42,789 nucleotides of DNA from an uncultured bacterium (GTDB lineage: Bacteria > Fidelibacterota > Marinisomatia > Marinisomatales > UBA1611), in the NCBI GenBank assembly GCA_964343085.1, contig CAYFIF010000002.1:1-42789 (forward strand), given 5' to 3'. Below, piece by piece: positions 36,673-42,789 of this stretch (position 1 is the stretch's first letter; the number at the start of each line of letters is the position of its first letter). The notes below the pieces were generated by a model. That model did no database searches and was not told the origin of the DNA. It worked only from the letters and a program-made list of their open reading frames with translations. The translations under genes were made by a program, and so were the position numbers.

Positions 36673-37723
36673 CAGATAAACCACCTCTAATTGCAAGCCC
36701 TAGTGCGACGGCATATTGAGATACATTTGAAATTGAAATTGAATCATCAAGAGTCAAGTTTTCAAATGGATTAAACAAATCTGTTTCAATATTAAGTTTT
36801 TCATTTACAAATTCTTTTAGACCTGGAGTTGATCCAGAACCACCGGACAGAAAAATTTTTAGAAAAAAACTTTGTCCTGTTTGTTTCGCATAGAAACGTA
36901 ATGAACGACGTACATCTTCAATCAAGTTATCATATGAGGTCCTCTCAGAGACTTGAACATTTTCATTGTCTCCAATTATTTCCTCCTCTTTCAAAACAGA
37001 TAGTCCTTCACGGTAAAGTAAATCCTGGGCCTCTGTATAAGATATATTTTTTTTATCTGATACCTCTTTAACAAAATCATGACCACCAATAGGCAGATCT
37101 CTAGTAAAAAATTCCTGATTATTACCAAAAACAATTAAACTTGAAGAGACCGCGCCGATATCAATAACAACAGCTAAACCATCATCGGGCATATCCTTAA
37201 TAAAATTAAAACCATTACTAATTGCGATAGGATTCATATCCACAACCCCAGGCTTTAATCCACACTCTTTTAATAACTCAAGATGGGTTTTAATAACTCC
37301 TTTGGTACAGGCCACAAGGCAAACATCTATTTTGTCAACTTCTTTACTATTTGATCCGATTATCTGGTAATCAATTACCGCATCTGTACCATCCATAGGA
37401 ATATGTTTTCTAGCTTCAAAGGTCATAGCAGATTCCAATTCATCTGTAGGCATATCTAAAGTAGTTATCTGTTTTACACTAGCGGAAGAACCGTTAATCC
37501 CCGATATAACTGTTTTTATTTTTCTAGGATTGAGATCTTGTTGCCTAAAAAGTTCTTTAACTGCCATAACCCAATGAGGTCGATCAACTTTTTCAGGATC
37601 AAATGCAGAATTGGGTTCAGGAACAAGACGCGAACCAGCATCAAGAATTTTATAACCATCTCTAGTCTTATCAACCGCAACCATTTTAATATATTGGCGA
37701 CCAATGTCCAGTCCAAGATACAT
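36665..37723 (-). CDS. pilM: PilM, actin-like pilus assembly ATPase-fold protein
   Basis: 352 aa. LGLDIGRQYIKMVAV, VIDIGAVSSSLIVF and FLSGGSGSTPGLKEF are typical PilM/FtsA-like phosphate and adenosine motifs. Confidence 0.9.
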   Translation of the reverse strand: MYLGLDIGRQYIKMVAVDKTRDGYKILDAGSRLVPEPNSAFDPEKVDRPHWVMAVKELFRQQDLNPRKIKTVISGINGSSASVKQITTLDMPTDELESAMTFEARKHIPMDGTDAVIDYQIIGSNSKEVDKIDVCLVACTKGVIKTHLELLKECGLKPGVVDMNPIAISNGFNFIKDMPDDGLAVVIDIGAVSSSLIVFGNNQEFFTRDLPIGGHDFVKEVSDKKNISYTEAQDLLYREGLSVLKEEEIIGDNENVQVSERTSYDNLIEDVRRSLRFYAKQTGQSFFLKIFLSGGSGSTPGLKEFVNEKLNIETDLFNPFENLTLDDSISISNVSQYAVALGLAIRGGLSDG

Positions 37724-37738
37724 AATTATTTTACCATT

Positions 37739-39976
37739 TTAGTTATTATCTAATTCTCCGTAGGAGGCCATCTTAAGTATTACAGAATTATTGGTACTTT
37801 GAAGGTCAGGAAAGTAAGGAGGAGGCCGAAGTTTTAGATTCCAATCATAGTTATAATTCTTATCATATCCCACACCGGGAGAGACATTGTATGGACCAGG
37901 ATAATTCCTTTTCATATATCCTCTTTTAAACTGAGTCACAGATCCCCAAAGATTAACCGTGCCTCTGATATCATTCCCCCCAGTATAAATGCCACTAACA
38001 CCATCAGACCTATAATAATTTCTGTGACCACCTCTGCCATCTGCTATAATACCATAGCCCAAACCATCATTCCAATCGTGATAGCCGAGCAATGTATTTT
38101 GCCAATAGTGAGATATAAAACCGCCATTCATTGCTAATATAGCAGCGTTAATATTTATATTTGATCCATATTGACGACCTCGAGCACCGTTGGGCCTTGT
38201 ATTTGCTAGAATAACACTACCACCAGAAACTAGCCCAAGAACGTTATCCGTTCCTCCATCTTCAGGATGAATCACCGCGCCACTTCCATATGAATCTAAA
38301 TATACCACATCGTCAATTAGCCAAATATTGCCCCAGACCCTATCTATTTTATCATTGTCATCATGACGTCTATACTCCGTAAAATCATCTGTGACAATAG
38401 TATATTGTCCATCAACGATACCTCTTACTAAAACTTGCCCCCCCTTTACATATAATATTTGAGGACTGGATCCTTTAGCAAAAAAGGTTTTGCTCATATA
38501 AACATACTCGCTATCATAAATAATGTCTGGACAGGTAAAAATATCACAATTTGATCCAGCTATTCCGGCTGCATTCCAATACTCAAAATCAAAGTGCTGT
38601 ATTCTACCAGCTTCACAATAACTTGTTAAATTATCTAAATGATCATGGTAGTATTGGAAATTATTCCACTCTACATCCGACGCAAGACCTGTTGGTGCAC
38701 TTGTATTAATGAATTTTACGATTTCATCATGGGAGAACCCCTCTTCAAGAGAACCAAAATAATTTAGTGTCCCATCCTGAATACTAACTAATATACGATC
38801 ATCGCCAACTGGAATTACACTATTTGCGCTAAATGTTAATACCCTTGAACCATCATTATTTTCTATCCTAATTATATCACCAACCTCAGTCACGGCAATA
38901 ATTTCATCCTGAACATTATTCCCGGAAGCATCCAGAGCACTTAGTATTATAAAATTATCCTCATAACCAACACCTGGGATGAAAACATTTGAAGGACCAA
39001 GGTGTAATGAGGAAGTATTTGTATTTACGCCAGTGTTTTCTGCATCCCAAACATAATCAAACTCTGCAGGTGGACTACCCACTGGTGGTATCAAGTACCA
39101 CCACTGGGCTACCCAATATCCACCAGGAACAAAATTAATTTCAGTCATAACAAGGGTATCTTTTTTCCCTGTTCTAAATATCATATCATCTGCCTCAAAT
39201 ATTCTGGTCGCATTTGCCTTCGCAACCTCGGCAGAATTATCAGGAGGAAAAATAATTGCATCAACTGTATCCAAAATAGAGACCGTTTCACCTCCAACAT
39301 CTTCCTCAAACACACCTTCATCGCACGCTCCCCAGCTTCCGATACCTCCTCCTTCATCTACTGCCTCGCTAGTTATTGTAACAGAACCAGAAAAATCGGG
39401 GCAGCCATAGTTACTAAAAACAATATCACCATTTGTATGTACTTTCCCCTCTAATTGATCATTAGCCCCAAAATTAACCGTCCCAGTATTACCTGGCCCA
39501 ATAGGAGCTTCTTGATCAGTGAAGTACATAAACTCTTCAAATCCCTGTGGTACCATTGATGTATAGACTGTTCTCTCTACCTCTATCTGATTACCTGATG
39601 TAGTCTTATACTCCGCAACACCCGTTGACCTAACTATGTACTGCTTTCGGGTTGAATTTGGAAGAAGCTCAGTCCATGCATGGATATCTTTATATTTTCC
39701 AACAGGGTTCCCTGATTCATCCTGACCAAAGTTAATTCCCTCTGAATAGAGAGTTGTATCTCCTGTGATCTGAGGTAAAATAACAACGCCAACATCATTT
39801 AACCCTGCCTCGGCAGAATAAAGGGCTCTCCATTCTGCGTATCTATATTTTTCCATAACCGCCTGACTAAAGGTGTTTTTCAAATAGGCAACCGTAAAAC
39901 TCATACTTACCATTGTAAATAAAACGGCTAACGGAGCTGTACTCCCATCTATGGAATTTCTAAACAGTTTCATCAT
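37739..39976 (-). CDS. giant PilX/GspK-like minor pilin (putative tip or adhesin subunit)
   Basis: 745 aa. The N-terminus NSIDG|STAPLAVLFTMVSMSFTVAYL is a pilin-like hydrophobic helix lacking Glu+5. ALYSAEAGLND (PilX_N-type motif) follows. The remaining ~680 aa are Gly/Asn/Asp/Tyr-rich. Confidence 0.55.
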   Translation of the reverse strand: MMKLFRNSIDGSTAPLAVLFTMVSMSFTVAYLKNTFSQAVMEKYRYAEWRALYSAEAGLNDVGVVILPQITGDTTLYSEGINFGQDESGNPVGKYKDIHAWTELLPNSTRKQYIVRSTGVAEYKTTSGNQIEVERTVYTSMVPQGFEEFMYFTDQEAPIGPGNTGTVNFGANDQLEGKVHTNGDIVFSNYGCPDFSGSVTITSEAVDEGGGIGSWGACDEGVFEEDVGGETVSILDTVDAIIFPPDNSAEVAKANATRIFEADDMIFRTGKKDTLVMTEINFVPGGYWVAQWWYLIPPVGSPPAEFDYVWDAENTGVNTNTSSLHLGPSNVFIPGVGYEDNFIILSALDASGNNVQDEIIAVTEVGDIIRIENNDGSRVLTFSANSVIPVGDDRILVSIQDGTLNYFGSLEEGFSHDEIVKFINTSAPTGLASDVEWNNFQYYHDHLDNLTSYCEAGRIQHFDFEYWNAAGIAGSNCDIFTCPDIIYDSEYVYMSKTFFAKGSSPQILYVKGGQVLVRGIVDGQYTIVTDDFTEYRRHDDNDKIDRVWGNIWLIDDVVYLDSYGSGAVIHPEDGGTDNVLGLVSGGSVILANTRPNGARGRQYGSNININAAILAMNGGFISHYWQNTLLGYHDWNDGLGYGIIADGRGGHRNYYRSDGVSGIYTGGNDIRGTVNLWGSVTQFKRGYMKRNYPGPYNVSPGVGYDKNYNYDWNLKLRPPPYFPDLQSTNNSVILKMASYGELDNN

Positions 39977-40595
39977 CTCCAGAAACAGAATTGGTTACTT
40001 TCTTTTGGATATAGGCGGTACCAAGAAATATTGATCTGTAGAAATAATGGTCTTCCTCAACAGCGTTTGCCTCATCCATAACATCTGAAACCATGGTAAG
40101 GGTAAGCTCAACATGCAAGAAGGATTCTTTAAACTCAGCCAATCCAGGTCTATTGTCTGGTTCGTTTGTTACCCTAAAATCTTTTACGTAAATCTGTCTT
40201 TGCTGGTTGCTCCTGTAAATTCCTCGGCTAGGAAATTTCAAAACACCATTCAGCGGCACATCGTTGTTGAACTCAATTCCATCATTTGCCCTGCAGGAAA
40301 TAACCAACTCTGGACTTATGTCAGTATAAAACTTATATAATTTTATCCGCGCAAACCCATTCAGTCCATCTATAGCAATTTTTTGCGTAAGCTGCATTTC
40401 TCTGGATATTTCTCTCATAATGCTGTTGCCATAGTTTCTTAAATCTTGGCGAACAGTATCAGTCTGATAGTGAAGCATTACAGCCTGAGCTGCACTAGTC
40501 ATACCTAGCCCTATTACTCCAGATACAACAATAACAGCTGCAAGCTCAACAAGAGTCATCCCTTTAAACGATTTTTTACTTAATCTGTAAATCAT
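39960..40595 (-). CDS. minor (pseudo)pilin with class III signal peptide
   Basis: 211 aa. KSFKG|MTLVELAAVIVVSGVIGLGM has Gly-1, Glu+5 and a hydrophobic helix. Confidence 0.7.
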   Translation of the reverse strand: MIYRLSKKSFKGMTLVELAAVIVVSGVIGLGMTSAAQAVMLHYQTDTVRQDLRNYGNSIMREISREMQLTQKIAIDGLNGFARIKLYKFYTDISPELVISCRANDGIEFNNDVPLNGVLKFPSRGIYRSNQQRQIYVKDFRVTNEPDNRPGLAEFKESFLHVELTLTMVSDVMDEANAVEEDHYFYRSIFLGTAYIQKKVTNSVSGDDETV

Positions 40596-41065
40596 AGCTC
40601 AAAAACACTCATAACCGTTGCTAGTTTTCTTTCTTTTACAACATTCCCTGAATATCTACTCGGTGGTGAAGCAAGATAATCTGTCCACTCAATCCTGCAT
40701 TCAAGTGAATATCGCTTAAAATCTGTGGTTCCATGTTGAGTATCTCGATCAAGTTTGTTTATATCATAATAAAGATTTGCCTTCACTTTGTATTTTGATT
40801 GAGCATTACCAAATAAATATATTTCATCTCCATCCCCATCTCCGGCCATTTCTGAGGGAGATATCGCACCATCAGCGATACGACCTTTCCAATACTCCAT
40901 GTAATTAAGCAACTCTTCGGTAGCACGCTCCTTTACCTCAAGCGCATGTAACTCGCTTCTAGCGTGAACAACTCCCATTAATAGACCTACAGCCGCAATA
41001 GATATAATTACTGTAGCTGTCATAACCTCGATAAAACCAATACCTGAATAAGTTTTTTTAAACAT
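40592..41065 (-). CDS. minor (pseudo)pilin with class III signal peptide
   Basis: 157 aa. KTYSG|IGFIEVMTATVIISIAAVGLLMG has Gly-1 and Glu+5. The start shares 1 nt with the pilT stop. Confidence 0.7.
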   Translation of the reverse strand: MFKKTYSGIGFIEVMTATVIISIAAVGLLMGVVHARSELHALEVKERATEELLNYMEYWKGRIADGAISPSEMAGDGDGDEIYLFGNAQSKYKVKANLYYDINKLDRDTQHGTTDFKRYSLECRIEWTDYLASPPSRYSGNVVKERKLATVMSVFEL

Positions 41066-42117
41066 TACAACACTTTCTGAGAAAATAGCTTTGGGTTATC
41101 AGCAATTGCCTGTGCAACTTTACGCTCGATCTTTCCCTGTGATACTAGCCGCTGGAGGTCTTGATCGAGAGATTGCATACCTTCGACCCCTCCAGACTGA
41201 ATGATTGAAGGAATCTGATATATCCGATCTTCCCTGATGAGGTTTCGGATCGCGGTGTTTGCTATCATTACCTCACACGCTGGAGCGCGACCTTTTCCAT
41301 CCTTCGTAGGTAATAACTTTTGCGCAATTACAGCCTCAAGACTCTCAGATAGCATTGAACGAATTTGTCCTTTTTGGCCAGAAGGAAAAATATCAATAAT
41401 ACGATCAATGGTTTTTACCGCACTTGAAGTATGGAGTGTTGATAAAACCAAATGCCCTGTTTCTGCAGCCGTCAGCGCAAGTGAGATTGTTTCAAGATCT
41501 CGCATCTCACCTACCAAGATTACATCCGGATCCTCCCTTAACGCAGACCGCATCGCATTTGCAAAACTGTTTGTATTTACCCCAAGCTCTCTTTGGTTGA
41601 TAAGGCTTTCTTTTGTATGATGAAAATACTCTACTGGATCTTCAATAGTGATAATATGACATTTCCTATTAATATTAATATGGTCAACCATTGCAGCAAG
41701 AGTTGTACTCTTTCCGGAGCCCGTAGGTCCCGTGAGAAGAACTAAACCTCTATCCAACAGAGATAGAGACTGAAGAACGGGCGGAGTACCTAGCTCATCA
41801 AAATTTTTTACTACCTCAGGAATCGTTCTAAATACACCAGCTGTTCCTTTGATTTGAAGAAAAAAATTAACTCGAAACCTTCCCTTACCCTCGAGCTTAG
41901 CAGAAAAATCAATCTCCTTTCTTTCTCGAAATTTTTCAATCTGCTCTTGATTCATTACCTGGGGTACAATTGAGTCCATTTCCTCTTTAGATAATGGATC
42001 CATATTTAATGGTTTCATTGTACCATTAATACGAACCATAGGTATTGAACCTACACTAAGATGTAAATCAGATGCTCCACTTTCTAGTGAATATTCTAAT
42101 AGCTTATTTATTTCCAA
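41065..42117 (-). CDS. pilT: twitching-motility retraction ATPase PilT
   Basis: 350 aa, TTG start. The N-terminus (M)EINKLLEYSLESGASDLHL aligns with canonical PilT starts. Walker A GPTGSGKST, DPDVILVGEMRD, TGHLVLSTLHT and the PilT signature AIRNLIRE. Confidence 0.93.
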   Translation of the reverse strand: MEINKLLEYSLESGASDLHLSVGSIPMVRINGTMKPLNMDPLSKEEMDSIVPQVMNQEQIEKFRERKEIDFSAKLEGKGRFRVNFFLQIKGTAGVFRTIPEVVKNFDELGTPPVLQSLSLLDRGLVLLTGPTGSGKSTTLAAMVDHININRKCHIITIEDPVEYFHHTKESLINQRELGVNTNSFANAMRSALREDPDVILVGEMRDLETISLALTAAETGHLVLSTLHTSSAVKTIDRIIDIFPSGQKGQIRSMLSESLEAVIAQKLLPTKDGKGRAPACEVMIANTAIRNLIREDRIYQIPSIIQSGGVEGMQSLDQDLQRLVSQGKIERKVAQAIADNPKLFSQKVL

Positions 42118-42123
42118 CTTGGA

Positions 42124-42537
42124 CTACTCTTCTTCTGATGAACCATATCCAGTAAACTTTCCTATATCCGCATCATAAACAACCTGATGACCGGCGCCAC
42201 CTGACATTTCTTCGGTACTTGTGGCAGTAATCCGACCGCCCTGATCACTCAGCTGGACATCAAAAGACCATTTCATCTTGGTTGATCTGCTGACATCGAG
42301 ATGTCCCGACCTTTCAAGCTCTTCAACATCACTAGGCCAGATACCCCTCGTCTGATAGTACATCTTCGCAGCATTTTGAACGTTCGACATTACGGTGCGA
42401 GCCTCAGATGCGTAGGAACTTTGAACATATTTTAAATAAATCGGCAAAGCGATAGCAGCGAGAATAGCAACAATAACTACCACAACCATAATTTCTATCA
42501 TTGTAAATCCGGATTTATTTTTTTTTAAACGAACCAT
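42124..42537 (-). CDS. pilA: type IV major pilin
   Basis: 137 aa. KKNKSG|FTMIEIMVVVVIVAILAAIALPIYLKYV is a textbook class III signal (Gly-1, Phe+1, Glu+5). First gene of the array, with an AAGGAG Shine-Dalgarno 6 nt upstream (plus-strand ctcctt 42544-42549). No Cys pair. Confidence 0.85.
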   Translation of the reverse strand: MVRLKKNKSGFTMIEIMVVVVIVAILAAIALPIYLKYVQSSYASEARTVMSNVQNAAKMYYQTRGIWPSDVEELERSGHLDVSRSTKMKWSFDVQLSDQGGRITATSTEEMSGGAGHQVVYDADIGKFTGYGSSEEE

Positions 42538-42673
42538 TATTAACTCCTTAAATTCAATTAAATCAATGCCTTATCAAATTTTTTAATTAATATTTTAATT
42601 TAGAATTTTTCTAACCACTCCCTTTATAAAATAAAAACGATTTAGGCAATGGTTTTACTCACAGAAATAAGTA
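42538..42673 (-). promoter_or_regulatory. pilA upstream region (presumed promoter plus SD)
   Basis: 136-bp AT-rich spacer, the largest non-coding gap on the minus strand in this window. SD AAGGAG at 42544-42549. No sigma-54 (TGGCAC-N5-TTGC) match found by eye. Confidence 0.35.
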
Positions 42674-42789
42674 TTATTTCAGATAGAGTATTTTTTCTTT
42701 TTGAGTGAAAGATTCCGCATCAAAATATACAAAATATACACCATTGGAAACTTCCATCCCTAAATTATCTTTTGCATTCCATAGCCGAG
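42674..42789 (-). CDS. 3' end of a T9SS-CTD cargo gene (partial, runs off the window)
   Basis: My translation of the minus strand is ...RLWNAKDNLGMEVSNGVYFVYFDAESFTQKEKILYLK*, with the stop at 42674-42676. This is the terminal strand pattern of a type-A T9SS CTD. Confidence 0.6.
   Translation of the reverse strand, partial: RLWNAKDNLGMEVSNGVYFVYFDAESFTQKEKILYLK

Noticed and set aside
26879-42537. Calling the filament locus a type II secretion system.
   Set aside because: A PilT retraction ATPase with the AIRNLIRE signature and a PilM/PilN/PilO set are present. No GspC/GspL/GspM-like genes are recognisable. T4aP-like is the better-supported call, though secretion of the adjacent dockerin protein is raised as a hypothesis.
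42538-42673. A sigma-54 promoter upstream of pilA, which is common for pilin genes.
   Set aside because: I scanned the minus strand for TGGCAC-N5-TTGC-like spacing. Only weak GG/TG fragments appear (for example GGCATTGATTTAATTG) and no GC at -12.
1-42789. CRISPR arrays, tRNA/rRNA genes, IS elements, integrases, phage genes and long inverted or direct DNA repeats.
   Set aside because: Non-coding space is limited to a few AT-rich gaps of 166 bp or less, with no cloverleaf-like or repeat-spacer structure. No transposase or integrase motifs appear in any ORF. The protein-level repeats in 14529..17534 are not nucleotide-identical.

Overview
AT-rich, very gene-dense bacterial window. I call 35 protein-coding genes, one partial at the right edge and one small ORF below the track cutoff. 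I saw no rRNA, tRNA, CRISPR array, transposase or integrase. The left 5.4 kb is housekeeping: a DUF5683-like membrane protein, RidA, a PPC/DUF296 protein, alaS and a beta-barrel OMP carrying thrombospondin-type-3 repeats. A short plus-strand island (5.6-7.9 kb) encodes an HExxH metalloprotease with a T9SS-type C-terminal sorting domain (CTD). From 42537 down to 7940 runs an unbroken 34.6-kb, 26-gene minus-strand array with a largest gap of 61 bp and many start/stop overlaps. It has three blocks. (i) A complete type IVa-pilus-like locus: pilA, pilT, three minor pilins (one of 745 aa), pilMNO, a PilP-like gene, the secretin, a 751-aa Ig-domain lipoprotein, then pilBCD. (ii) A 1191-aa gingipain-like (C25) protein that ends in a dockerin instead of a CTD. 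(iii) Poly-gamma-glutamate (PGA) genes pgsB, pgsC and a TIGR04332-like gene, translationally coupled to a duplicated beta-sandwich protein, a beta-barrel OMP and an LVIVD-repeat lipoprotein. Block (iii) continues with three large CTD cargo proteins (a 16-repeat protein, an M14 carboxypeptidase, a second C25-like protein), a glutaredoxin-like protein and a coiled-coil protein. The CTD signals imply an FCB-superphylum-like diderm; the exact taxon cannot be set from sequence alone. The best novelty candidates are the PGA synthetase genes fused to a putative outer-membrane module, both C25 paralogues keeping the catalytic Cys but replacing the catalytic His (Trp and Tyr), a shared NIDO-like module in both, and the lineage-specific giant proteins embedded in the pilus locus. 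All family assignments come from by-eye motif recognition and need HMM or structure confirmation.
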